Sequence record: NC_049343.1
DNA length: 33,041 nt
Strand: one strand, 5' to 3'
Origin: Escherichia phage 500465-2
Part shown: positions 10,013 to 19,297 of the stretch, piece after piece
How the letters are laid out: every line of letters starts with the position of its first letter
How positions within the stretch are numbered: position 1 is the stretch's first letter
Notes under the pieces: generated by a model
What the model was told of the DNA's origin: nothing
The model's input: the letters and a program-made list of their open reading frames with translations, nothing else
Databases searched by the model: none
Position numbers and translations under genes: made by a program

Positions 10013-10359
10013 CAACCCGCTACACAGGAATGAATCCGGACGGGACGGGAAACCTGAACGATATGGAGCACCTGAAACAGTCAGTCAGGGATATCCTGAC
10101 CACCCCGCTGGCAAGCCGGGTTATGCGACGGGAATATGGCAGCCTTGTGCCTGATTTGATTGACGAACCCATGAATAACACCACGCGTCTGCAATGCATG
10201 AGTGCTGCCGTGATTGCGCTGACACGATGGGAACCCCGCATTGCCCTGGATGCCATCGACGTTGTCTGGAAAGCGGGAGGCCGCGCCGGGGTGACGCTGT
10301 CGGGCACTGTCATGCAGACCATGCAGAATGTTGAATTAACCATCACGCTAAGGGAGTAA
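10009..10359 (+). CDS. Baseplate wedge protein W (gp25/GPW-like)
   Basis: 116-aa ORF in the position and of the size of P2 gpW, overlapping V by 4 bp. Confidence 0.85.
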   Translation: MTTRYTGMNPDGTGNLNDMEHLKQSVRDILTTPLASRVMRREYGSLVPDLIDEPMNNTTRLQCMSAAVIALTRWEPRIALDAIDVVWKAGGRAGVTLSGTVMQTMQNVELTITLRE

Positions 10360-10362
10360 ATC

Positions 10363-11259
10363 ATGCCCGCCGTTGACCTTTCACAGTTACCGGACCCCGC
10401 CATCATCGCGGAGCCTGACTTTGAGGCAATTCTGGCTGACACAAAGGCCATGATGATTGCGGCTTATCCCGCCGAACAGCGTGAAGCCGTTTCCGCCGCG
10501 CTGGAGCTGGAATCGGAACCCCTTAACGTTATCGCTCAAACCATGTCGTTTCGTGAAATGCTGTTACGCCAGCGGGTTAACGAGGGGGCACGCGCCTGCA
10601 TGTTAAGCCACAGCGCCGGGACAGACCTGGACAACCTCGCGGGCAATATGAACACAAAGCGCCTGGTTATCACTCCGGCAACGGATACCACCGACGCGGT
10701 GATGGAGAGCGACACCTCGCTGAGACTGCGGGCGCAGCGGGCGTACGACGGCCTGAGTGTTGCTGGCCCGTCAGGTGCATACGAGTATTTTGCCCGCAGC
10801 GCCAGCGGTCTGGTGCGTGATGCGCGGGCTATCAGTCCGTCTCCGGCAAATGTGACGGTTTCCATCCTGTCCACTGAAGGCGACGGCACAGCAACGGAGG
10901 CGTTGCTTAATACCGTTCGCGCCGTTCTGAATGCAGAGGATACCCGCCCGGTGGCCGACCGCCTGACCGTACAGAGCGCCAGAATCGTGACATGGCGGCT
11001 GAATGCAAAACTGTACTTTTACCCCGGTCCGGAATCCGAACCTATTCTGGCGGCGGCTGAATCGTCGTTCAGGAAGTGGCTGGCTGAGCAGGGGCTTATC
11101 GGTCAGGACGTGGCGTTGTCCGCCATTGCTGCCGCACTGCATGTGCACGGTGTGCAACGCGTGGAGATAATCGAACCCACACAGAATCTGGCCATCAGCG
11201 ACATACAGGCGGCGCGCTGTGAGTCATTCACCATCAGCGAAGGTGGGCGCAATGAGTAA
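10363..11259 (+). CDS. Baseplate assembly protein J (P2 gpJ-like)
   Basis: 298-aa ORF in conserved position between W and I. Confidence 0.9.
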   Translation: MPAVDLSQLPDPAIIAEPDFEAILADTKAMMIAAYPAEQREAVSAALELESEPLNVIAQTMSFREMLLRQRVNEGARACMLSHSAGTDLDNLAGNMNTKRLVITPATDTTDAVMESDTSLRLRAQRAYDGLSVAGPSGAYEYFARSASGLVRDARAISPSPANVTVSILSTEGDGTATEALLNTVRAVLNAEDTRPVADRLTVQSARIVTWRLNAKLYFYPGPESEPILAAAESSFRKWLAEQGLIGQDVALSAIAAALHVHGVQRVEIIEPTQNLAISDIQAARCESFTISEGGRNE

Positions 11260-11860
11260 TTCACTGTTACCGCCATCAGCCAGCCGTTTCATGCGTTGCG
11301 CCGAAGCAGTCGGAGCGCGCATTACAGACATCCCGGTAGACCTCAACACGCTGTGGTCACCGGACACCTGCCCGGTGCATTTGCTGCCTTATCTCGCCTG
11401 GGCGTTTTCCGTTGACCGCTGGGATCGCAACTGGCCGGAAGAGACAAAGCGACAGGTGATTCGTGATGCATGGCTGATACACCGACACAAAGGGACCATC
11501 AGCGCACTGCGAAGAGCCGTGGAGCCTCTCGGCTACCTGATTGAAGTAAAGGAGTGGTGGCAACTCAACGAGGAGCCAGGAACATTTCGCATTGTTGTCG
11601 GAGTACTTGATCAGGGCATCACCGATGAAATGTATCAGGAACTTGAGCGCCTTATTGCGGATGCAAAACCAGTAAGTCGCCATCTGACGGGGCTGGCGAT
11701 CAGCCTGAGTGTGAACGGAAAGATTTTCGTTGGTACGGGATGCTATCACGGCGATGCCCTGACGGTTTATCCCTACACCCCGGAGTCCATTATTGTCGAA
11801 GGGGATTATTTCCCTGCCCCGGCCATTCATTTAATTGATAATCTGAGAGTAAACGCATGA
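11252..11860 (+). CDS. Baseplate/tail protein I (P2 gpI-like)
   Basis: ATG at 11252 overlaps the J stop; ends with overlap onto the H start (ATGA). Confidence 0.8.
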   Translation: MSNSLLPPSASRFMRCAEAVGARITDIPVDLNTLWSPDTCPVHLLPYLAWAFSVDRWDRNWPEETKRQVIRDAWLIHRHKGTISALRRAVEPLGYLIEVKEWWQLNEEPGTFRIVVGVLDQGITDEMYQELERLIADAKPVSRHLTGLAISLSVNGKIFVGTGCYHGDALTVYPYTPESIIVEGDYFPAPAIHLIDNLRVNA

Positions 11861-13362
11861 CAGTGAAATACTACGCCATTCTGACTAATCAGGGCGCGGC
11901 ACGACTGGCTAACGCGACGATGCTCGGCAGTAAGCTGAATCTGACGCAAATGGCCGTTGGTGATGCAAATGGTGTGTTACCAACACCAGACCCTGCACAA
12001 ACAAAACTGATTAACCAGAAACGCATTGCACCGCTGAATCTTCTGAGTGTTGACCCTAACAATCAGAGCCAGATTATTGCTGAGCAAATCATCCCTGAAA
12101 ACGAGGGAGGATTCTGGATCCGTGAGATTGGTCTTTATGATGATGAAGGTGTACTCATTGCGGTGGCAAACTGCCCGGAAACGTACAAACCGCAGTTGCA
12201 GGAAGGCAGTGGACGCACCCAGACTATCCGCATGATTCTGGTTGTCACGAACACCGAAGCCATCACGCTGAAAATCGACCCGTCGGTGGTACTGGCGACC
12301 CGTAAATACGTGGATGATAAAGTCCTGGAATTAAAGCTGTATGTGGATGACCAGATGAGAAACCACATTGCCGCACAGGATCCTCATACCCAGTATGCGC
12401 AGAAACATAATCCGACATTTACCGGAGAACCAAAAGCGCCGACGCCTGCCGCAGGAAATAACACCACGCGGATTGCGACCACTGAGTTTGTTCAGGCCGC
12501 TATTACCGATCTGATTAACGGTGCGCCAGCCACGCTGGACACACTGAAAGAAATTGCCGCAGCCATTAACAATGACCCGAAATTCAGCACCACCATTAAC
12601 AATGCGCTGGCACTGAAAGCGCCGCTATCGAGTCCGGCACTTACCGGAACGCCAACAGCACCTACTGCGGCACAGTCGGTCAACAATACACAGATTGCCA
12701 CCACAGCTTTTGTGAAATCAGCAATTGCGGCAATGGTGGGTTCTGCCCCTGCGGCACTGGATACACTGAATGAACTGGCGGCGGCGCTGGGGAATGACCC
12801 TAACTTTTCAACAACAGTGCTTAATGCACTGGCAGACAAACAACCGCTGGACAATACGCTGACTAATTTGAGTGGAAAGGATGTTGCTGGTCTTCTCGCA
12901 TACCTTGGTTTGGGAGAAGGTGCTCCAGCTATTGGCGTTCCGTTCTTCTGGCCCTCCGCGGCAATGCCAAATACTGTAATCGACAGCTGGTCCGGTATGG
13001 TGTTTTTGAAGTTCAACGGGGCGAAATTTTCTGCCTCTGATTACCCTGTGCTGGCGAAAGTGTTTCCTTCGCTGGTATTACCTGAAGCCCGCGGTGATTT
13101 CATTCGTATCTGGGATGACGGGCGAGGTGCAGACGGTGGTCGCGAATTATTAAGCTGGCAGGCAGCTACAAACTTTTCTCAGTTTGCCGGGAATATAGGC
13201 GAAGGTGCGGGACACGCAATTAACTTTCATGATGGCATCGCCGGAAATCAGCCAGGATTTTCACGATTTAATTTCACCAGTAACTCTGTGGGTGATGGTG
13301 TGAATTTTGTTGCTGTCAGACCGCGAAATATTGCATTTAACTTTCTGGTGAGGGCTAAATAA
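11857..13362 (+). CDS. Tail fibre protein H (constant N-terminal part plus currently expressed variable C-terminal part Sv)
   Basis: 501-aa ORF; two tandem ~53-aa repeats (T.IATT.FV...APA.LDTL.E.AAA..NDP.FSTT..NALA.K.P); a Gin-type crossover site lies inside the ORF at 12893-12918. Confidence 0.9.
   Translation: MTVKYYAILTNQGAARLANATMLGSKLNLTQMAVGDANGVLPTPDPAQTKLINQKRIAPLNLLSVDPNNQSQIIAEQIIPENEGGFWIREIGLYDDEGVLIAVANCPETYKPQLQEGSGRTQTIRMILVVTNTEAITLKIDPSVVLATRKYVDDKVLELKLYVDDQMRNHIAAQDPHTQYAQKHNPTFTGEPKAPTPAAGNNTTRIATTEFVQAAITDLINGAPATLDTLKEIAAAINNDPKFSTTINNALALKAPLSSPALTGTPTAPTAAQSVNNTQIATTAFVKSAIAAMVGSAPAALDTLNELAAALGNDPNFSTTVLNALADKQPLDNTLTNLSGKDVAGLLAYLGLGEGAPAIGVPFFWPSAAMPNTVIDSWSGMVFLKFNGAKFSASDYPVLAKVFPSLVLPEARGDFIRIWDDGRGADGGRELLSWQAATNFSQFAGNIGEGAGHAINFHDGIAGNQPGFSRFNFTSNSVGDGVNFVAVRPRNIAFNFLVRAK
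12893..12918. repeat. Gin/Cin/Pin-type recombination site (left), inside H
   Basis: ttctcgcataccttggtttgggagaa; matches the reverse complement of the right site at about 20 of 26 positions, core TTGGTTT.GGAGAA. Confidence 0.55.
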
Positions 13363-13955
13363 TGAAACCTGTTTTTGATGAAAATGGGCTGGCTACAGTG
13401 CCGGGCGATATGCGTTGTTTTTATTATGATGCTGAAACATCTGAGTATACGGGCTGGTCTGATGAATATATTAATACTGGCGTAAGTATGCCCGCCTGTT
13501 CCACTGGTATTGACCCTGGCGAAAACATTCCGGGAAGAGTGGCAGTATTTACAGGTAAGGGATGGAGCCATGAAGAAGACCATCGCAATGAGACTGTTTA
13601 CTCAATCGAAAATGGTGCTGCTGTTACAGTGGATTATATCGGTGCCATCAAAAACGGTTATGTCACGCTTTCACCGTTAACGCCATATGATAAATGGGAT
13701 GGTGAGAAATGGGTGACAGATACTAAGGCACAACACGGTGCCGCAGTAGAAGCGGCAGAAGCACAGCGCCAGTCACTGATTGATGCTGCAATGGCTTCCA
13801 TCAGCCTGATTCAGCTGAAATTACAGGCCGGGCGGAAGCTGACGCAGGCAGAAACCACCCGGCTTAACGCCGTGCTTGATTACATTGACGCGGTGACGGC
13901 AACAGATACGAGCACCGCGCCGGATGTCATCTGGCCTGAACTGCCGGAGGCGTAG
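13362..13955 (+). CDS. Tail fibre assembly protein (P2 gpG / Mu U-like)
   Basis: 197-aa ORF directly after H; C-terminal ...DTS.APDV.WP.LPEA signature shared with the minus-strand paralogue. Confidence 0.85.
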   Translation: MKPVFDENGLATVPGDMRCFYYDAETSEYTGWSDEYINTGVSMPACSTGIDPGENIPGRVAVFTGKGWSHEEDHRNETVYSIENGAAVTVDYIGAIKNGYVTLSPLTPYDKWDGEKWVTDTKAQHGAAVEAAEAQRQSLIDAAMASISLIQLKLQAGRKLTQAETTRLNAVLDYIDAVTATDTSTAPDVIWPELPEA

Positions 13956-14367
13956 GCCATTCAATATCTGGCGCACCGGAAGTATCGACCAGTTCCAGTG
14001 CGTCCAGATAATCCAGCCACAAATTATATTGCACCAGTTCCTCACCTTTCAGGCGACCAATCGCCGCTTTACCAGGCCATTGCTTACTGTTTATGTATTC
14101 GTTGACCTGATTAATCAATTGCTGCTTTTCCAGTTCGGCTGCGGCAATTTGTTCCTCATGAGTTGGCGGTGGAATATCAATCCATGCAGGCATTCCGTCG
14201 ATGACACCTCTGTATTTTCCTTCTGGTGCTTCCTTCATAAATTCGGCGGCAACAGTGTCGTCAATTTCGATTCCATCACCGGGCCATTCGCCGGATTCCT
14301 GATAAGCGATTTTAAGCTCCACAGGGAAAAACGCATTTTTATCGGCACTGAAAATATATTTCTGCAT
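13927..14367 (-). CDS. Alternative tail fibre assembly protein (U'-like), in the currently silent orientation
   Basis: 146-aa ORF on the opposite strand; C-terminus LVDTSGAPDIEWPTPPAVQAR parallels the gpG C-terminus. Confidence 0.8.
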   Translation of the reverse strand: MQKYIFSADKNAFFPVELKIAYQESGEWPGDGIEIDDTVAAEFMKEAPEGKYRGVIDGMPAWIDIPPPTHEEQIAAAELEKQQLINQVNEYINSKQWPGKAAIGRLKGEELVQYNLWLDYLDALELVDTSGAPDIEWPTPPAVQAR

Positions 14368-14369
14368 TT

Positions 14370-14725
14370 CTACCGTCCTATCGAAATATAACTGAATCTG
14401 TATTGCTGTGAGATATCACTGGTTGCCACACGCCACGCTGAATTACTGATATGTTCAAAATTTACAGACAAAACCTGCGGGGCAGGATTCGACGGGTCTG
14501 ACTGAACGGCATCAGACATAACACTGACTGAAATCATCGGCTGATTAGGGAATGGTATAGGGAAGTGTCCACTGATAAAGCGGGTCGTGTTTCCTGAAAA
14601 AGTGCCAAACTGAACAATATATCCACCTGGTAGCCTGAACCATCCCGAACCAGAAGCGAATGCTCCCATATCCGGTATCTGATTATCTCCTGTGCCCACA
14701 TCCCTTTTCGCCGCTTCTCCTAAAC
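14370..14725 (-). CDS. Alternative tail-fibre C-terminal variable segment (Sv'-like); promoterless exon fused to H only after inversion
   Basis: Minus-strand ORF 14370..14768 whose first codons lie beyond the right crossover site; shares the GLGE junction with H (H: LAYLGLGEGAPA; here: LNVGLGEAAKRD). Confidence 0.6.
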
Positions 14726-14740
14726 CAACGTTTAAGAAAA
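14715..14740. repeat. Gin/Cin/Pin-type recombination site (right), just upstream of the invertase gene
   Basis: ttctcctaaaccaacgtttaagaaaa; resembles gix/cix/hix consensus (TTCTC..AAACC..GGTTT..GA.AA) as recalled. Confidence 0.55.
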
Positions 14741-14795
14741 TGCAGAGGTAACAGCTAACTGGCATCATCCCCGGTTTTTATTCAGGGGGATGATC

Positions 14796-15383
14796 ATGCT
14801 TATTGGCTATGTTCGCGTATCAACAAATGACCAGAATACAGACCTGCAACGAAACGCTCTTGTTTGTGCAGGATGCGAACAAATATTTGAAGATAAATTA
14901 AGCGGGACAAAGACAGACCGACCGGGATTAAAACGCGCTTTAAAGCGCCTTCAAAAAGGCGACACGCTGGTTGTCTGGAAACTGGATCGCCTCGGGCGAA
15001 GCATGAAACATCTGATTTCTCTCGTCGGGGAACTACGGGAGCGAGGGATTAATTTTCGCAGTCTGACCGACAGCATAGATACATCTTCTCCAATGGGGCG
15101 TTTTTTCTTCCACGTGATGGGTGCCCTGGCTGAAATGGAACGTGAATTAATTGTTGAACGTACACTGGCCGGACTGGCTGCAGCGCGCGCACGAGGGCGC
15201 ACAGGCGGACGTCGCCCGAAGCTGACAAAAGAACAGCATGAGCAAATAGCAAGGCTGATCAAAAACGGGCACGACAGAAAACAACTGGCAATAATTTACG
15301 GCATTGGTATATCGACGATTTATCGTTACCACCCCGCAGGAGAATCAAGCGGAACAATTGAGAAGAGTCAGGAAACAAAATAA
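14796..15383 (+). CDS. Serine recombinase DNA invertase (Gin/Pin/Cin/Hin family)
   Basis: MLIGYVRVSTNDQNTDLQRNALVCAGCEQIFEDKLSG...GDTLVVWKLDRLGRSMKHLISLVGELRERGINFRSLTDSIDTSSPMGRFFFHVMGALAEMERELI is near-identical to Gin/Pin as recalled; catalytic-Ser N-terminal domain and C-terminal HTH. Confidence 0.92.
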   Translation: MLIGYVRVSTNDQNTDLQRNALVCAGCEQIFEDKLSGTKTDRPGLKRALKRLQKGDTLVVWKLDRLGRSMKHLISLVGELRERGINFRSLTDSIDTSSPMGRFFFHVMGALAEMERELIVERTLAGLAAARARGRTGGRRPKLTKEQHEQIARLIKNGHDRKQLAIIYGIGISTIYRYHPAGESSGTIEKSQETK

Positions 15384-15410
15384 CCGCTAATCTGGTCATT
15401 AGCGGTTTTT
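15384..15410 (+). terminator. Rho-independent terminator-like hairpin after the invertase gene
   Basis: accgctaat-ctggtc-attagcggt followed by ttttt. Confidence 0.5.
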
Positions 15411-15418
15411 GTGTTAAA

Positions 15419-15913
15419 TCAGAACAGCCCTTTAACTGAACTGACCGCGCTGTTAAGAGATGATGTCACTTTATCTTTGAAGCCGGACAGCATATCGCTG
15501 AACGATGAGGATTGCAGGCGCTCCCGCAAATCCTCATCACAGCGTTCAAGGGTCAGTGAAAATTCTATCTTTTTCGCCTTACCGTAGCGATCAAACTCGG
15601 AACGGGTCGTATTCGTTCCGGTCAGGACATACATGCCGTAAATCTGCCCGACGCCATCAATCAAAGGCCAGGGTCGTCCTGTATACGCCTGCGTGGTCAG
15701 CAGCGACAGCGACACTTCGCCACCTGTAATTTCAGGATAAAGCACACCAGAAAGAACGATGCGATCATCACCTGCACCGATATACTGCCAGCTTGCTGAA
15801 CGGTTAACGCGTTCATTTTTCACATGCCGCCAGCTTTTGTTTTGCTGTAACTGCTGATGCGGCAGCGTGCGCAGCTCAAAAACAAACATGCCGTAGATCA
15901 TCATCATGGCCAT
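15419..15913 (-). CDS. Tail protein U (P2 gpU-like)
   Basis: N-terminus MMMIYGMFVFELRTLPHQQLQQNKSWRHV...WQYIGAGDDRIVLSGVLYP matches the P2 gpU N-terminus as recalled. Confidence 0.85.
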   Translation of the reverse strand: MAMMMIYGMFVFELRTLPHQQLQQNKSWRHVKNERVNRSASWQYIGAGDDRIVLSGVLYPEITGGEVSLSLLTTQAYTGRPWPLIDGVGQIYGMYVLTGTNTTRSEFDRYGKAKKIEFSLTLERCDEDLRERLQSSSFSDMLSGFKDKVTSSLNSAVSSVKGLF

Positions 15914-15919
15914 GACTCC

Positions 15920-18763
15920 TCAATCTTTATCGTAAAAACTGCCACGCCCGGCACGGGCGCGCCGTTCCATTTCTGCCCTGACCATTTCACCGACCAGTTT
16001 CGCCAGTTCGCGGGGATTCTGCGTAACAACGTTATGCAGATGAACATGAATTTCACCACCAAATCCGGAGGCAACAGGCTCCCGGTTACGGGAAGTTACA
16101 GGAACTGATGCCACTGGAGATCGTATAGCCTCCGCCACCGGGCGGGAGCTGGCCGCAACAACAGGGACCAGCGCCGGAGGCAGCGGAGCCGAGACCACGG
16201 GTGTGATATTAATTGCGGGGGCAGGCTTACTGACCTGCGCAATCTTCCGCTCCTGCCACTCCCCACGAACAGCAAGTGCTCGGGGCAGGTTCTTAAAGAC
16301 AATATCGCCGGGGCCAATGCGTTTTTTCGTCTCCTCAACCAGCTTACCTGTGTTATCAGCAATTTTGCTGAGTCTGCGCAGCGTACCGGTATTGCTGTCT
16401 GTGAGCGGTTTATTGTCTTTGGGGTTATCACCTCCGGTGCCATTGCCATTTTCCACAGGCTTCGGCGGATTGATTTTCGCCAGGTCCCCCTGAAGCAAGG
16501 CAACCTTGTCCTGAAGAATGGCCTCACGCTGTGCGTCTTCGATTTTCTTGCGCGCCCTTTCCGCTTCATCCGGAAGGACGCCAAGTTTTTCAAGTATCCA
16601 CGCCAGCGTATCCAGTAGCATTTTTGCAGGTGTCAAAACAAGTTGTAACGCACCGCCAAGAACGTTACCGAATATCTCGCCAGCACTGGTACATTTATCC
16701 AGCGTTTCCTTGCTGGACTCCATCGGTGACAACAGCGATTTAAACCAGTTAAACACCTGGCTGATCCCGCTTCCGATTGCGTCAAAAACAGGACCAAACC
16801 GTTCAAAGGTTTCGCGCAACGGGGTCAGCCTTTCCATAATCCCGCTGAACACCCCGGCAAAAAATGCCCTGATGGGATCCCAGTATTTCCAGATGAGAAC
16901 GGCAGCTCCGGCAAGCGCAGCCACGATAAGACCGACCGGACTGAACAACGCCCCGATAGCGCCCCCCAGTAACGAAACGGAACCCGTCACCATTCCCCAT
17001 AGTGCTGGCAGGAGTCTGACAGCATTCATTGAACCGGTCAGGAGGGAAAAGCCAAGACGCAGTTTTGCCAGCGGGCCAGCAAGCACACCAATAGCCAGCG
17101 ACAACGAGCCAACCGTTGCAGTCATTGCCAGCAACGCACCGCCTGCTATCAGTAGCTGGCGCGTCAGTACCGGATGGGCCTGCGCCAGCGAGGTGATTTT
17201 TTCAAGCACCCGCGTGAGCCACTGCGTGACAGAACGCAGCGGACCGTCAACCAGATCACTGATGCGAATACGAAGACCTTCCCATGCGCTGTCGAGATTT
17301 TTCAGGTCCCCATCAAGATTATCGGCCATTACTTTTGCAACGCGATCGGCCTCTCCCCTTGCCCCCTGCAATTCTCTGGTCAGTTTTTGCAGCTCTCCTG
17401 AACCAGCCGCCGCAACAAGCGTCTGCAAACCAACGAACGCCTCTTCTCCGGCGATGTCCTTGAAGAAGGAGACCTGGTCCACCTGTCCGTATTTTTGTGT
17501 CGCCTTATAGAGATCAAGCAGCACATCCTCCATCGGGCGCATTTTGCCTCTGGCGTCAGCAACTGACACCCCCAGCTCTTTCAGCGCATCAGCCGCAGCT
17601 TTTGGCGGTGATGCAAGGCGGGACAGACTTGCGCGCATGGCTGTACCAGCATCGCTTCCACGAAGACCATTATTGGCAAGCATCCCGGCCATGGCTGCCG
17701 CTTCTTCAAGACTGATACCAAGTTTTGCGGCAACCGGACCGGTATACTTCATGGTTTCGCCCAGCGCGCGTAAATCAGTATTGGTCCGGGTGAATGCTGC
17801 TGTCAGCGTATCGCCAACACGGTCCATTTGATCGGCTGTCAGGTTGAATTGTGTGAGGATATTGGAGCCTATATCAGCCGTCTCGCCGAGTTCGACGCCA
17901 CCTGCCAGCGCCATATTAAGAACACCGGGCAATGCGGCCTGAATGGCCTGCGGAGTAAAACCAGCCATTGCCAGAAAGCTCTGCCCACTGGCGGCATCAC
18001 TCGCAGTAAACTGTGTTTCAGAGCCAAGTTTTAACGCCTGCTCACGCAGCGCCTTAAACTGCGGGCTGTTTTTGTCGATTCGCGTCAGTGCCTGAACGCG
18101 GGACATCTCTTTCCCGAACCCGATCGCAGGCTGCAAAAAACGCCCGGCAGCATAGCCGCCAGCCGCTGCCGCACCAATTGCCAGCGCACCACCTGTTTTC
18201 AGTTTTCCCGCAGTTTCCTGCGCGCGCGAATACCGCTCACGCGCCCGCGTTACACGCGCAAGCGCCTGCCGTTCGCGTTCAAGCTGGTTGTTGTACTGTT
18301 CGGTGCGTCTGATGGCCTGCTGGATGGTGTTATCGCTGCCTGTCAGGGAAATGCCGTGGCGTTTCAGCTCTCCGCCAAGCTCCCGCATTTTCTGAATTTC
18401 ACGTGTGCGCGATTCATTCAGGTGTTCAAGCCGGGTGCTTAACTGCTGCATCAGCTTTTGTTGTTTTTCGCTGAGCACTGTACCCGTGCGTTGTAACTGA
18501 TTAAGGGCGTTAAGCTGGCGTCGTGCTTTCAATATGCCAGCATCCGCTTTACTGACAGCGTCGCGGGCGCGCTCAAATGATCGCGCCTGACGCTCGAGAT
18601 TTTTGATCGCCCCCTGCGTTCGCTGGATGGAGTCACCAAACTGCCCCATCAGGCGGCGGGCGTTTTCGGCAGGCCGGGTCAGCCTGTCAACGGCGCTGAA
18701 AGCGACCCGGATATCAAGAGTCTTCATTGTCTGCATTCCCGCTGCGAAGTGCCGCCCGCTCAC
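15920..18763 (-). CDS. Tail tape measure protein (P2 gpT-like)
   Basis: 947-aa ORF, helical/Ala-Gly-rich with hydrophobic central segments; located between E/E' and U. True start may be an internal ATG (MQTMKTLD). Confidence 0.9.
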   Translation of the reverse strand: MSGRHFAAGMQTMKTLDIRVAFSAVDRLTRPAENARRLMGQFGDSIQRTQGAIKNLERQARSFERARDAVSKADAGILKARRQLNALNQLQRTGTVLSEKQQKLMQQLSTRLEHLNESRTREIQKMRELGGELKRHGISLTGSDNTIQQAIRRTEQYNNQLERERQALARVTRARERYSRAQETAGKLKTGGALAIGAAAAGGYAAGRFLQPAIGFGKEMSRVQALTRIDKNSPQFKALREQALKLGSETQFTASDAASGQSFLAMAGFTPQAIQAALPGVLNMALAGGVELGETADIGSNILTQFNLTADQMDRVGDTLTAAFTRTNTDLRALGETMKYTGPVAAKLGISLEEAAAMAGMLANNGLRGSDAGTAMRASLSRLASPPKAAADALKELGVSVADARGKMRPMEDVLLDLYKATQKYGQVDQVSFFKDIAGEEAFVGLQTLVAAAGSGELQKLTRELQGARGEADRVAKVMADNLDGDLKNLDSAWEGLRIRISDLVDGPLRSVTQWLTRVLEKITSLAQAHPVLTRQLLIAGGALLAMTATVGSLSLAIGVLAGPLAKLRLGFSLLTGSMNAVRLLPALWGMVTGSVSLLGGAIGALFSPVGLIVAALAGAAVLIWKYWDPIRAFFAGVFSGIMERLTPLRETFERFGPVFDAIGSGISQVFNWFKSLLSPMESSKETLDKCTSAGEIFGNVLGGALQLVLTPAKMLLDTLAWILEKLGVLPDEAERARKKIEDAQREAILQDKVALLQGDLAKINPPKPVENGNGTGGDNPKDNKPLTDSNTGTLRRLSKIADNTGKLVEETKKRIGPGDIVFKNLPRALAVRGEWQERKIAQVSKPAPAINITPVVSAPLPPALVPVVAASSRPVAEAIRSPVASVPVTSRNREPVASGFGGEIHVHLHNVVTQNPRELAKLVGEMVRAEMERRARAGRGSFYDKD

Positions 18764-18950
18764 GCCAGCTAACCACTTCGCCGGGCGTCATCATGAAGAT
18801 TTCGGCGGGCGACCAGTTAAAAATAACGGCAATATCTGCCACAAAGTCTTCTATGTGCTCAAAGCACACAACCGTGATCAGGCTTCCGTCGCCTGTTCGT
18901 TCTTCCCGCCAGAGTCCGCACCGCTCAAAAAATTTACGGCAACCACACAT
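18714..18950 (-). CDS. Tail assembly chaperone E' frame (expressed as E+E' fusion by -1 frameshift)
   Basis: -1 frame ORF overlapping the 3' end of E; slippery heptamer at 18926-18932. Confidence 0.65.
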   Translation of the reverse strand: MCGCRKFFERCGLWREERTGDGSLITVVCFEHIEDFVADIAVIFNWSPAEIFMMTPGEVVSWRERAALRSGNADNEDS

Positions 18951-19243
18951 AACTGAATAAAGTCACGGGATGCCATTTTTTTGATCGTCACTTCATCCAG
19001 TCGCGGTGATGTCACGCGTGACAGCAGCGTAAACATGGATTCCGCTTTCAGATTCAGCACATCAGACAGCGACAAATCTCGCAGAGATCCAGCCTGCTCA
19101 ATAGCCCCGGTGATCTCCACATACGTGATTTTTTCGCCGCCTCGCTCAATTGGTTGGGTAAGTTTTACGCCACGCTCACTGGTTTCTTTCACAGTGTCAG
19201 TAACTACCGTGTTTTCGGTATCGATGTTTTTCGTCTCTTTCAT
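18878..19243 (-). CDS. Tail assembly chaperone E (P2 gpE-like)
   Basis: 121-aa acidic ORF between the tail tube gene and the tape measure gene. Confidence 0.8.
   Translation of the reverse strand: MKETKNIDTENTVVTDTVKETSERGVKLTQPIERGGEKITYVEITGAIEQAGSLRDLSLSDVLNLKAESMFTLLSRVTSPRLDEVTIKKMASRDFIQLCVVAVNFLSGADSGGKNEQATEA
18926..18932 (-). other. Programmed -1 ribosomal frameshift slippery site T_TTT_TTG
   Basis: Minus-strand reading gta aat ttt ttg agc (E frame) versus cgt aaa ttt ttt gag (E' frame); same heptamer as the P2 E/E+E' site as recalled. Confidence 0.65.
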
Positions 19244-19297
19244 CAGGAAACTCCTTTCAGTCAGAGGCGACGCACTGCGCCGCCTGCATATTACTTA

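Larger units (their letters stand above)
12906..14729. other. Invertible tail-fibre host-range segment (G-segment-like): Sv and U on +, U' and Sv' on -
   Basis: Inverted cix/gix-like sites at both ends, two opposed tail-fibre C-terminus/assembly gene pairs inside, serine invertase gene immediately right; same architecture as Mu G and P1 C segments. Confidence 0.6.

Noticed and set aside
12492-13016. 174-aa minus-strand ORF inside tail fibre gene H
   Set aside because: Antisense to H; Ala/Ser-rich mirror of the fibre repeats.
16518-17510. 330-aa + strand ORF inside the tape measure gene region
   Set aside because: Lies entirely antisense to the 947-aa gpT-like ORF, is Ser/Pro/Ala-rich and low complexity, with no start context; typical shadow ORF of a GC-rich gene.
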